A stretch of DNA of 64,000 bases from an uncultured Ignavibacterium sp. (GTDB lineage: Bacteria > Bacteroidota > Ignavibacteria > Tepidaquicellales > Tepidaquicellaceae). Location of the stretch: positions 24,868 to 88,867 of the forward strand of contig CAZAEK010000008.1 of NCBI GenBank assembly GCA_964484125.1, given 5' to 3'. A model generated the notes under the pieces. It made no database searches. It saw only the letters and a list, made by a program, of their open reading frames with translations, and was not told where the DNA came from. Both the position numbers and the translations under genes were made by a program. This document shows, in pieces, positions 36,918 to 46,531 of this stretch (position 1 is the stretch's first letter; each line of letters opens with the position of its first letter).

Positions 36918-36955
36918 TTTAATGAATAAATTTATTTTACAGTAAAATAACAATT

Positions 36956-37465
36956 ATGTATAATATAGAAATCAAAGCAAGGTGCAATAGAACTGATGAA
37001 ATCAGAAGAATTTTGCTTGATGAAAATGCTGATTACAAGGGAACTGATTTTCAAACCGATACATATTTTATAGTCAAAGAAGGCAGATTAAAACTCAGAC
37101 ATGGCAATATCGAGAATTCGCTTATCTACTACAAGCGTGAAAATATTTCCGGTTCTAAGAAGTCATCTGTTATATTATATAACACTACTCCTGATTCAAA
37201 ACTGAAAGAAATTCTGACTCAAACTCTTGGAATACTTGTCGAAGTAAAAAAGAAGAGGGAAATATATTTTATTGAAAATGTGAAATTCCATATTGATGAA
37301 GTTGAATCACTCGGCTCCTTTGTTGAGATTGAAGCCATTAGTTCGGTTCCAGATAAAGAAGAGATATTTTTCCGCAACCAATGCGAAAAATATATCTCTC
37401 TTTTAAAAATCAATAAAGATGATTTAATTTCAATTTCCTACAGCGATATGCTGCTGCAAAAATAA
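36956..37465 (+). CDS. CYTH-domain protein (class IV adenylate cyclase / triphosphate tunnel metalloenzyme-like)
   Basis: 169 aa. The N-terminal NIEIKAR is ExExK-like with the first Glu replaced by Asn. The length and beta-strand pattern are typical of CyaB-like proteins. Confidence 0.55.
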   Translation: MYNIEIKARCNRTDEIRRILLDENADYKGTDFQTDTYFIVKEGRLKLRHGNIENSLIYYKRENISGSKKSSVILYNTTPDSKLKEILTQTLGILVEVKKKREIYFIENVKFHIDEVESLGSFVEIEAISSVPDKEEIFFRNQCEKYISLLKINKDDLISISYSDMLLQK

Positions 37466-38470
37466 TTACATCTCAAGTACTGCTCTGTAACGGATTGTGT
37501 TGTTCCGTACTTTTTCTATAGCTTTGTTTACATCTGCTACTTTGAACAGCTCGGTCTTCGCTTTTATTCTGTTTCTTGCGGCAAAATCCAGCATCTCTTT
37601 AATAATCGCAATACCGCCAATAACGCTTCCGCCTACAATTTTCTGCCCGAGTACAAGAGCCATAGGAGGGATTTCAATATTACCGGGAGAGGCACCGACA
37701 AAAATAAGTTTTCCGTTTGGCCTCAATACGTTCACGTAGTCCATCCAGTTCAAGTGAGCTGTAACAGTTGAAAGTATAAAATCAAGTTTTCCTGTCATTT
37801 CCTGCATTTGCTTTTCGTCTTTTGAATTTACGAAATTATGTGCGCCAAAGCTTTTTGCCTCTGCTTCTTTATCTGCTGATGTTGAAAAAGCAGTTACTTC
37901 GCAGCCCATCGCTCTGGCAAACTGAAGGGCAAGATGACCAAGACCGCCAATGCCTATTACTCCAACTTTATGGCTTGGTTTTACCTGGTAATTTTTTAAT
38001 GGTGAATAGACTGTTATTCCTCCACAAAGCAAGGGTGCCGCATTTTCTGAGTCAAGTGCTTCCGGAATTGGAAAAGCAAATCTGCTGTCTGTTACAATAT
38101 GGTCTGCAAATCCTCCATACTTTCCTACACATGTTGCTACTGATTTAGCACAAAGATTTTCCTGACTTGTTGTACACCATTCACATTCATGGCAGGCACC
38201 TGATTGCCAACCAACACCAACCCTGATTCCGGGTTTTAAATCTATTACATCTTTTCCAACTTTTGTTACTATGCCAATTATCTCGTGCCCCGGCACAAGA
38301 GGATATTGTGATATCATCCAATCATTATCAATAAGATGTATATCGCTGTGGCAAATTCCGCAATGTGTAATTTTTATTTCGACTTCCTTCCCTTCCGGAA
38401 TTTTGGAATCGTATTTGAATTCTTTTAGATTTTCTTTTGGCTGATATGCTGCATAAGCATTTACCTGCAT
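37466..38470 (-). CDS. Zn-dependent NAD(P) alcohol dehydrogenase (cinnamyl-ADH/YahK-like)
   Basis: Motifs read: CGICHSDIH, GHEIIGIV, the structural Zn Cys cluster CHECEWCTTSQENLC, and GIGGLGH. Confidence 0.85.
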   Translation of the reverse strand: MQVNAYAAYQPKENLKEFKYDSKIPEGKEVEIKITHCGICHSDIHLIDNDWMISQYPLVPGHEIIGIVTKVGKDVIDLKPGIRVGVGWQSGACHECEWCTTSQENLCAKSVATCVGKYGGFADHIVTDSRFAFPIPEALDSENAAPLLCGGITVYSPLKNYQVKPSHKVGVIGIGGLGHLALQFARAMGCEVTAFSTSADKEAEAKSFGAHNFVNSKDEKQMQEMTGKLDFILSTVTAHLNWMDYVNVLRPNGKLIFVGASPGNIEIPPMALVLGQKIVGGSVIGGIAIIKEMLDFAARNRIKAKTELFKVADVNKAIEKVRNNTIRYRAVLEM

Positions 38471-38648
38471 AAAATATTCTCCTTAATTTTATTTATATAA
38501 ATTAAAAACAATATTTTATATTAAAAAGTCACGGAATTATTTTGAATATTCTGTAATTGTCAGTAAATAATTAATTAATTAATTAAAAACACAATGAATT
38601 GAAATAAAACAAATCAAAAACTATTTTACTTTAATTAAAAATAATAAT

Positions 38649-39758
38649 ATGATAAAATCTTTATTAAAAACTTTTTTATCCGTAATATTTCTTCTTGTAA
38701 TTTCTAACATACTTTATTCACAAGAACTTGAAAATGTTAAGTTACTTCCTCACACAGGCGTAAAAGACCAGGCAATGAGCGGTACTTGCTGGTGTTTTTC
38801 TGTGATTTCTATTATAGAATCCGAATTAATCAAAAAGGGGATTGAATATCCAGACCTTTCGGAAATGTTTGTAGTAAGAAATGTATATTTCGATAAAGCG
38901 CAGAATTATATTTTAAGGCAGGGCTTTACGCGTTTCTCAGAGGGAGCATTTACTCACGATGTTATTCCCGCGATTGAAAAATATGGAATAGTTCCGCAAT
39001 CAGTTTACCCTAATTCCGCTGGTGGTAAAATCAATCACATGGGATTTGATACGAAACTTAAAAAATTTTTAGACAGTGTTATTGCTAAAACTCCGATTTC
39101 ACCTGACTGGAAGATTAATTTCAATAAAATGCTTGATGATAAATTCGGGGAATTACCTGTAACATTTACTTATGAAGGAAAAGAATATACTCCCAAAAGA
39201 TTTGCAGATGAGATTTTACAATTTAAATCATCGGATTTTGTCGGTTTAACATCATTCACTCATCATCCGTTTTATAAACCATTTAATGTTGAGGTGCCAG
39301 ATAACTATTCAGGTGGTTTATTTTATAATGTTCCAGTTGACGAGCTAATTGAAATTACAAAAGATGCAGTTTTAAATGGTTATACAGTTGGATGGGATGC
39401 TGATGTATCGAATAATTTCTTCAATCAAAATGCAGGTTTTGCAATGATTCCCGTGAATAAAAAGAATCTCAGTGGAGAAATTAATCCTGATGACGAAGAA
39501 GTTACATATACACAACAATCAAGACAGGAACTATTTGAAAATCTGGAAACTCAGGATGACCACCTTATGCATCTTGTAGGGCTTAAAAAATCAAAAGGCG
39601 GAAAAATTTTCTTTTATGTAAAAAACTCATGGGGAGAAATAGGACCTTTCAGAGGATTTATTAATGTTTCTGAGACTTATTTCGGAATAAATACGATTAC
39701 TATAGTTCTTCCCGTTAGTTCGCTTAAATCTGAAGTCCGCTCTAAACTTGGATTGTAA
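38649..39758 (+). CDS. Secreted C1-family cysteine peptidase (aminopeptidase C/bleomycin hydrolase-like)
   Basis: It has a signal peptide, the catalytic Cys context QAMSGTCWCFS, and a downstream DHLMHLVG (His). Confidence 0.65.
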   Translation: MIKSLLKTFLSVIFLLVISNILYSQELENVKLLPHTGVKDQAMSGTCWCFSVISIIESELIKKGIEYPDLSEMFVVRNVYFDKAQNYILRQGFTRFSEGAFTHDVIPAIEKYGIVPQSVYPNSAGGKINHMGFDTKLKKFLDSVIAKTPISPDWKINFNKMLDDKFGELPVTFTYEGKEYTPKRFADEILQFKSSDFVGLTSFTHHPFYKPFNVEVPDNYSGGLFYNVPVDELIEITKDAVLNGYTVGWDADVSNNFFNQNAGFAMIPVNKKNLSGEINPDDEEVTYTQQSRQELFENLETQDDHLMHLVGLKKSKGGKIFFYVKNSWGEIGPFRGFINVSETYFGINTITIVLPVSSLKSEVRSKLGL

Positions 39759-39775
39759 TATCTGATAACCGCATA

Positions 39776-42586
39776 TTATTTATAGCATATCCCTGAATAC
39801 TCACACCAGGCACAGACTTTTTCATCGCTGGTCTGAATAAATGGTATATCAGGATTGCCTATTTCTTCTATATTATTTTTGAGCATATTTTCGAATTCTT
39901 TAATAGCGTCTGACGTAATATAATTTTCAGATATCGTGATTAATCCTTTCTTATTTCCCCGGAGGTAATACATTCCGGCATTTATAAGTTCTTTTGAACT
40001 TCCCTTTAAAAGATAGACATACATTAGTGCCTGTAAACTATGTTCCTTATCATTACTGCTCTTTAACAAACTGAAAAACTCATCTTTTTCTTTTTCTTTG
40101 TATTCCCTTATTTTTGCATTACCTGTTTTATAATCAATTATCATTATAACTCCGTCTTTTTTCTCTATCCTGTCAACAAAGCCCTTAATTCTGACTTCTA
40201 TTTCTTTATTATTAATATTTGCTTTTAAATTTCGCTCTAATTTTTTCTCGAGACCAATTATTTTAAAGGGTGATTTTTTACTGTCTTCATCGAGTGTATT
40301 TAAAACAAGTTCTTTTAATATTCTCTTATAAATTAAATTTTTCGGAAGATACTCCTGGCTTATGTTATTTTTATTATAAATATGCTTAATAGTTTCTGAA
40401 AATATATTGTCGTAATCCGAAATAAAAGCTTCTTTTATAATTTTAAAATCAGTTTCTGTTATTTCCTTATTAATAAAATCTTTATAAACGTAATTCATCA
40501 TATAATGATACGCAGAACCGAAATCCTTATCATCCATACTTTCCGTAACCTTTTTCCTGTCTTCAATACAGGCAATTTTACTAAAATAAAAAGCAAGAGA
40601 ACAACCGATATATTTATTTATGGAAGAAGCAGAATAGTTTGGAAGCTTTTCAATCTCAGATAAAATTTCTTCAGATTTATCTATTCTTATCGGTATTCTT
40701 TTCGTAAATGATATTTCCGGCGTCAGTAATAATTCTTTAATTTTTGCAGATTTGTTTGCTTTGCAGAGTTCATAATTTAATTGATATATAAATCTGCTTT
40801 TACCTTTAGAGCCGGTCTCAGTTTCCGTGTTATATAAAATATAAATATTTTTTGCCCTTTGAATTAACCTGTAAAAATAATAAGCCGTAATCGCAGATTC
40901 ATCATCATTAACAGGAATTCCAAAAGCTTTTCTCAGGGTGTAGGGGATATAACTGTTTTCAGTTCCGCCGGAAGGAAGAAAACCTTCATTGGCAGAAAGC
41001 AAAATTACGTTCTCGAAATCAATCTGTCTTGTTTCAAGCAAACCCATTACCTGCAAACCTTTTAGTGGCTCACCTGAAAAAGGTACTTTAAGTCCATGAA
41101 GTGCTTTTTCAATTATATTCCAGATTGTTTCATTTTTTATTTTAATATTAAATTCCCTGATTGAATCGGATATGAGATTAATACTTGTGTAAAAGTGATA
41201 TAAAAATTCGTTTTCAAATTTATCCCTTTGATTTTTCTCATCGGATATACTGACAATTATCTTTTTTATATATTCAAAAACATCATTGCATTCAGTGAAA
41301 ATATCTTCAATTAAATCCGGTTCGGTTAGTTTACGGTTTTCTGTTTTTGCAGGGTTCAGATAGGCAGTGTTGTTGTTTTTCATTTCTGCTATTAAGTCAA
41401 ACACAAATTTTGAATTACTGAATTTTATATATGGATGAAGCAATACTTTTTCTATATCCTTATGATTAAATAATAATATTCCATTCCTTTTAATCATATT
41501 TCTTTGTAATTCCCGAAGTATTTTGAATAAATTATAAACATGAGAAAATCTGAAAGGATAACCCATTGTTACATTGAACTCACCAGCTTCTTCCGGAATG
41601 GAATAAAGTACAGGTAGCAATAGATTTTCATCCGGTAAAACTATTGCAGTATTTGACTCATTAAATAGTCCTTTATCTATAAGCTCATTCACAAAAACAC
41701 CTGATGATTTTGCTATTCCTGCATTCAGTGCAGTGCCTGCTATTGTAATATTTTTTTCTTCATTTAACAGTGAATTAATAATAAACCTTCCTGATTCGGC
41801 TTTATCAAATATCTTCAGATTTTTTCTAATGAAATATCCTGCTTCCTGTTTATTGTCGCTTATGTAATATTCGTCAGCATCGAAGAATATTTCAGCTTTA
41901 CCGGTTTTCTTCAGTGATTCAAAAATATCTGATTCGCTTTTTGAAATTCCATTGAATCCTGCAAAAATAATTTTATCGAAGTTGCCGATGTTCTTTCCGT
42001 TTTTAAGTTCTTCAGCAAGTCTTCTGTAAGCCATCCCTTCATAGGAAAAGCCCATATCTGACAGTCTGGAATTAAATTCTCTATATACGTGTCCGAGTAT
42101 TTTCCAGTTTCTTAAAAATTCACCTTTTACTTCATCCTTACCGTTCAAAACAGATTTCCAGAATCTGATATATTCAACTGGTAATTCCTCTGCAAATCTC
42201 TCTTCTATTTCTTTTATATCTTCAATAGCCCTGAATAACTTTTCTGTATTAACCATAAATTTATCTACTATATCAAAATCGCTGATCATCATTTCACCCC
42301 ACTTGTAAAAATCATCAAATTCCTGTCTGTCATACTTTATATAGATTTCATATAATTCCAGCACTAATTTAATATCATCGAGAGGTTTTAAATTACCAAC
42401 CTCATAAACAAAGTCCTGCATTGAAAAGACTGACGGAGACCAACCCGGTTTACCAATGTTTTTTGCCAAACCACGTTTAAAAAATATTCCTGCACGTCTT
42501 GAAGGGAATACTACTGCAATTCTTTGAAGTTTGTTTGAATATTTATTTAAAGTATATCCTGCAAGTTCATTTAAAAAAGTATTCAT
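39776..42586 (-). CDS. AddB-like PD-(D/E)XK nuclease subunit with C-terminal Fe-S Cys cluster
   Basis: The C-terminus has GFVDRIEK...IIDYKTG (nuclease motif) and CAWCEYSGIC. I found no N-terminal Walker A. It overlaps the upstream helicase gene by 4 nt. Confidence 0.65.
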   Translation of the reverse strand: MNTFLNELAGYTLNKYSNKLQRIAVVFPSRRAGIFFKRGLAKNIGKPGWSPSVFSMQDFVYEVGNLKPLDDIKLVLELYEIYIKYDRQEFDDFYKWGEMMISDFDIVDKFMVNTEKLFRAIEDIKEIEERFAEELPVEYIRFWKSVLNGKDEVKGEFLRNWKILGHVYREFNSRLSDMGFSYEGMAYRRLAEELKNGKNIGNFDKIIFAGFNGISKSESDIFESLKKTGKAEIFFDADEYYISDNKQEAGYFIRKNLKIFDKAESGRFIINSLLNEEKNITIAGTALNAGIAKSSGVFVNELIDKGLFNESNTAIVLPDENLLLPVLYSIPEEAGEFNVTMGYPFRFSHVYNLFKILRELQRNMIKRNGILLFNHKDIEKVLLHPYIKFSNSKFVFDLIAEMKNNNTAYLNPAKTENRKLTEPDLIEDIFTECNDVFEYIKKIIVSISDEKNQRDKFENEFLYHFYTSINLISDSIREFNIKIKNETIWNIIEKALHGLKVPFSGEPLKGLQVMGLLETRQIDFENVILLSANEGFLPSGGTENSYIPYTLRKAFGIPVNDDESAITAYYFYRLIQRAKNIYILYNTETETGSKGKSRFIYQLNYELCKANKSAKIKELLLTPEISFTKRIPIRIDKSEEILSEIEKLPNYSASSINKYIGCSLAFYFSKIACIEDRKKVTESMDDKDFGSAYHYMMNYVYKDFINKEITETDFKIIKEAFISDYDNIFSETIKHIYNKNNISQEYLPKNLIYKRILKELVLNTLDEDSKKSPFKIIGLEKKLERNLKANINNKEIEVRIKGFVDRIEKKDGVIMIIDYKTGNAKIREYKEKEKDEFFSLLKSSNDKEHSLQALMYVYLLKGSSKELINAGMYYLRGNKKGLITISENYITSDAIKEFENMLKNNIEEIGNPDIPFIQTSDEKVCAWCEYSGICYK

Positions 42587-45500
42587 TTTACCTCCTTTAT
42601 AAAATAGTTGCTTCCTGATGCCGTATCAAGATATAACAGATATTTCCCTGTTACATTATAACCCATTTCAGTGAGTGTTGCAGCATATTTTTTCACCTGG
42701 GTGAAGTGAACCGTATTTTCCTTCCCGGTTTTATAATCTATTACTTTTGCTTCTTTTCCTTTTATTATAATCCTGTCAGGTCTTATGAAATTACCATCTG
42801 GAAGTAAAATATCTTTCTCATTCATAACTTCCCACTCAGGCGAAAACCAATCTGCGATTGTTTCGTTATCTAAAATATCCTTAAGACATTTAATGATCAT
42901 TTCTCTGTTAGTTTTTGTGAATTCACCTTTTTTCTCAGCTTGATAAATAACATTCTCCAGATCTTCAGATGTTTTCATACCTGAGAGAATACTGTGAACA
43001 AGATTTCCTGTGATTACCTCAGAAAAACTTTTATCCCATGGCTTTATTGAATAATTTTTTGGTTTGATAACTATTTTCGATTTCCAATTTGATGAAATGT
43101 GGTCAAATCTTATATTTGCTTTTATGTATTTATTTTTATCTTCTTTTGCTTTATATGATTTCTTTTCTCCTGTCTCAAAAATGTTTTTGTTAATTTTATC
43201 TTTAAAAACATCGCTCTCTGAAATTGCACTGTAAACTAAATTGCTGATTTTTTTATCCTGACTTAAAGGAACAAATGCGAAAAGCATATCCTCAGGCCTT
43301 GTAAATGCTACATAAAGAAGGTTCAGATTATCTATTCGAGTTAATTCGGATTCTTCAACATAATCATTATTAAAAAAAGTATTCTCCAGACCTTTTGAAG
43401 GATTAACCAGATATGCCGGATATTTATTGAAAGGATGTTCAGGAGAAGAAGCCCAGATATATCCCTTATTTGGCTCTAAATTTAAGACCCAGTCAACAAA
43501 AGGAACTATAACTATCTTGCTTTGTAATCCTTTTGCTTTGTGTATAGTCATAACCGCAACAGAATTCTCTGATTCTGAAACAGAAATTGATAATTTATCC
43601 TTATTTTTATCCCACCAATCAAGAAAGCTAACCACATCAGATTGCTTTCCGGAAGAAAATTCGTGAACTGAATTTAAAAACTTAATCAGATAAGCATCAG
43701 CGGATTTATCCATTCCTGTTATTTCTATAAGGCGTTCTGCAAGTTCGTAAACATTAAGACCGGGCAATTCACTATTAATTAATTTTTTAGTTTTATTATC
43801 TCTTGAAAATAGTTCCTGCGGTAAATCGTTATAAAATACCTGTTCGATAGAGTGAGGAGGGAATAACTTGTTGAAGCCGGTATTTTTTTCATTTAAATAT
43901 GCAGAATAATTCACAATTGCTTCTGATAAAGAAAGAATGTCTCCGGTGTTAATTACGAAACGCATTAAACTGATTAAAAGATTTACTTTTGGAGAACTCG
44001 ATACAAGAAGTGATTCAGATGAAACAACACTATATCCGCTTTCTACCAGGTAATTTGAAACTTCAACTCCTTCATTACGTGTTCTGACCAAAATCATAAT
44101 ATCAGAGTGGGAATAGCCAAGAGACAAAACATCCTCAATAAAAGAAGGAAGTTGTTTAAGAATCTTTACTTTTGCAATTTCTTCACCGGTATTTTCTTCT
44201 GCTTTATCGTCACGGATAAATTCAATCCTGACATATCCTCCTTTATTATTTTCAGAATAATCCTGCTTTAAATCTTCAAGATATGCTTTCTCTAATAATT
44301 CTTTTTGTCCTTCGTTATCAATCTGAATAATATTCTGTGCTTTCAAAAAAAAGTTATTGTTGAATTCTACAATTTCCTTTTTACTTCTGTAGTTATTTCC
44401 GAGATTTATCGTTTCAATTTCTTTATTAAAGTCTGCTAAATCGTCTTTTACCTGACTGAGAAGTAATTTCATATTTCCGCTCCGCCATCTGTATATAGAC
44501 TGTTTGACATCACCTACGATGATTGATTTATTGCCTTCGCTGAGTGAATTTATTATCAGAGGTTTCAGATTTTTCCATTGAAAGCTAGATGTATCCTGAA
44601 ATTCATCAATTAAAAAGTTTTTATACTTATTACCTGTTTTTTCGTAAATGAAAGGGGAATTATCTTCAGACATCAGATTAAGCAAAATATTATTGATATC
44701 GCTTTGAAGTAAAACGTTATTTTCCTTTCTGTAATCTCTGAGATTTGTAATTAAATCCGTGAAAATTCCGAGCACATAAATGGTCTTTAAAATCTCATTT
44801 GCAGTATAAAATGTTTTACTGTTTATGTCGTAGTAATCTCTTGCTGAAATAAGTGATTGCAGAAACCCATCGTTAATACATTTCTCCAGTTCAGTTTTTT
44901 TGTCAGATTTATTTTTTATTAACTTTGATTGGTCGTTTATTACATCTGATACTCTTGTACCGTAATTATATTCTTTATTCACAAGGATTTTATTTAATAA
45001 ATATCCCGCCGCACCGCTTTTACCGTAATTAAAATCTTCAATTTTTAAATTATATTTATTTGCAATTTCCTTAGCATTTAAAGCAAAGCTCTTCATATCG
45101 GCTTCGAATCTATCAGTTATTTCTTTTAGTTCGTTTATAAGATTTATAAAGTTTTCCCTGCTTTCCGGTGAAGTATTTCCGGATTTGTATTTTTTCTCCC
45201 AATATCTTTCTTTAAAAATTTCATACGAAATATCGGAAATATTTTTATCAATATTCCAGCCGGAGTTTTTACTGACTCTGTCCCTGATATAATCAACAAT
45301 ATAATTTAAAAGTTCTTCATCATTTCCTGTTTGTTTCCAGAGTTTTTCCGTGATTTCCTCAAGTACTTCATCAGTGTCAAGTTGAATCTCGAAACCGGCA
45401 GGAATCTTTAATTCTTTTGCAAAAGCTCTTACAATTTTATTAAAAAAACTATCAATTGTGCTTATAGAAAAATCAGAAAAACCGTGCAGGATTCCCTCTA

Positions 45501-45783
45501 AAACTCTCTTCGCATTTATACTGATTTCTTCCGGCGAAGTATTGTTATCACAAAGTTGTTTTTTTAAATCTATAAATTTACTGTTACTGTCATCTTCACT
45601 CAGTTTTTCAAGATATTCTATAATTCTGTTTTTCATCTCTTCTGTCGCCTTGTTTGTAAAGGTAATAGCGAGGATATTTCTGAACCTTTCAGGACTCTTA
45701 AATGCAATCTTAAGATATTCCTTTACCAAGGTGTGGGTTTTTCCTGAACCGGCTGAAGATTTATAAATTAATAAATTCCCCAT
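42583..45783 (-). CDS. UvrD/AddA-like ATP-dependent helicase-nuclease
   Basis: Walker A is SAGSGKTH. UvrD motifs include ITFTNKAT and LIDEFQDTS. The C-terminal VIDYKTGKE is nuclease-like. 1066 aa. Confidence 0.8.
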   Translation of the reverse strand: MGNLLIYKSSAGSGKTHTLVKEYLKIAFKSPERFRNILAITFTNKATEEMKNRIIEYLEKLSEDDSNSKFIDLKKQLCDNNTSPEEISINAKRVLEGILHGFSDFSISTIDSFFNKIVRAFAKELKIPAGFEIQLDTDEVLEEITEKLWKQTGNDEELLNYIVDYIRDRVSKNSGWNIDKNISDISYEIFKERYWEKKYKSGNTSPESRENFINLINELKEITDRFEADMKSFALNAKEIANKYNLKIEDFNYGKSGAAGYLLNKILVNKEYNYGTRVSDVINDQSKLIKNKSDKKTELEKCINDGFLQSLISARDYYDINSKTFYTANEILKTIYVLGIFTDLITNLRDYRKENNVLLQSDINNILLNLMSEDNSPFIYEKTGNKYKNFLIDEFQDTSSFQWKNLKPLIINSLSEGNKSIIVGDVKQSIYRWRSGNMKLLLSQVKDDLADFNKEIETINLGNNYRSKKEIVEFNNNFFLKAQNIIQIDNEGQKELLEKAYLEDLKQDYSENNKGGYVRIEFIRDDKAEENTGEEIAKVKILKQLPSFIEDVLSLGYSHSDIMILVRTRNEGVEVSNYLVESGYSVVSSESLLVSSSPKVNLLISLMRFVINTGDILSLSEAIVNYSAYLNEKNTGFNKLFPPHSIEQVFYNDLPQELFSRDNKTKKLINSELPGLNVYELAERLIEITGMDKSADAYLIKFLNSVHEFSSGKQSDVVSFLDWWDKNKDKLSISVSESENSVAVMTIHKAKGLQSKIVIVPFVDWVLNLEPNKGYIWASSPEHPFNKYPAYLVNPSKGLENTFFNNDYVEESELTRIDNLNLLYVAFTRPEDMLFAFVPLSQDKKISNLVYSAISESDVFKDKINKNIFETGEKKSYKAKEDKNKYIKANIRFDHISSNWKSKIVIKPKNYSIKPWDKSFSEVITGNLVHSILSGMKTSEDLENVIYQAEKKGEFTKTNREMIIKCLKDILDNETIADWFSPEWEVMNEKDILLPDGNFIRPDRIIIKGKEAKVIDYKTGKENTVHFTQVKKYAATLTEMGYNVTGKYLLYLDTASGSNYFIKEVK

Positions 45784-45825
45784 ATAATTGTTTATTATTA
45801 TTCATTATTTTTTTCAAATATACAA

Positions 45826-45877
45826 AATCCATATTTAAAAATATTCTCACAAAATGAGAAAAAACTAAATATGGATT
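45826..45877 (-). terminator. Long imperfect hairpin downstream of the Lys-rich protein gene
   Basis: The 12-bp perfect arms AATCCATATTTA/TAAATATGGATT enclose an inner TTCTCA/TGAGAA pair. A moderately U-rich tail follows on the minus strand. Confidence 0.4.
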
Positions 45878-45963
45878 CTTTTTATATTATAGCAAGGTTA
45901 AATACTCTACCAGAGTATGATTTGATGAAAGATAAAAATATTTCTTTTAATTTAATCCTTCTT

Positions 45964-46326
45964 TTACGCAGGAGAATTATATGTTTCTGTAATTATCTCC
46001 GGAATATCTTTTTTTATCAGACTGTTTTTAACATCCATTACTAAAGTAACAACCCTGTTCATTACGTGAAAAACATTATCTACGTATAATCTTACAGCTT
46101 CAACATCTCTCGGATCCGGTTTATTGGCAATTAATTCAAACAAATCATTCTGAGCGGCATCAAGCATTCCAATTTCAAATTCAAATACTTTCTTTCCAGA
46201 AACCAGAGATACTTTTTTCGATGTTTTTTTTGTTTTTTTCGTTTGCTTCTTTGTTGTTACTGCTTTTTTCACCGGTTTTTTTGTTTTCACCGGTTCTTTT
46301 TTTGTTTTTTTTGTTGTTTTCGGCAT
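45964..46326 (-). CDS. Protein with histone H1-like Lys-rich N-terminal tail and unknown C-terminal domain
   Basis: The N-terminus is MPKTTKKTKKEPVKTKKPVKKAVTTKKQTKKTKKTSKK, followed by a non-repetitive domain of about 80 aa. Confidence 0.45.
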   Translation of the reverse strand: MPKTTKKTKKEPVKTKKPVKKAVTTKKQTKKTKKTSKKVSLVSGKKVFEFEIGMLDAAQNDLFELIANKPDPRDVEAVRLYVDNVFHVMNRVVTLVMDVKNSLIKKDIPEIITETYNSPA

Positions 46327-46531
46327 ATCAAAATCCTGTAATTTTTTTATTTAAAGATACTAAATTTTTTCCGGAAAATTTTCTTGTTTTTCTGAGAGGT
46401 TTTTAAAATTGAGTTTAAAAAACATTAAATTTGTTTTGATAACTTATTACAAAAATGAATAAATATTTTTAAATTTTAAAGTCAATATACTTACTGAAAC
46501 GAACAAAGTTATTTTCGTTGAAAACTTAAAT

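Noticed and set aside
39776-45783. Large helicase plus nuclease pair considered as a candidate anti-phage defence system.
   Set aside because: The motif content and 4-nt overlap match the AddAB/RexAB recombination enzyme. There are no neighbouring defence, methylase or mobile genes.
46221-46406. A 61-aa plus-strand ORF (poly-Phe/Leu).
   Set aside because: It is the antisense reading of the Lys-rich AAA/AAG tract of the minus-strand gene, so it is a composition artefact.
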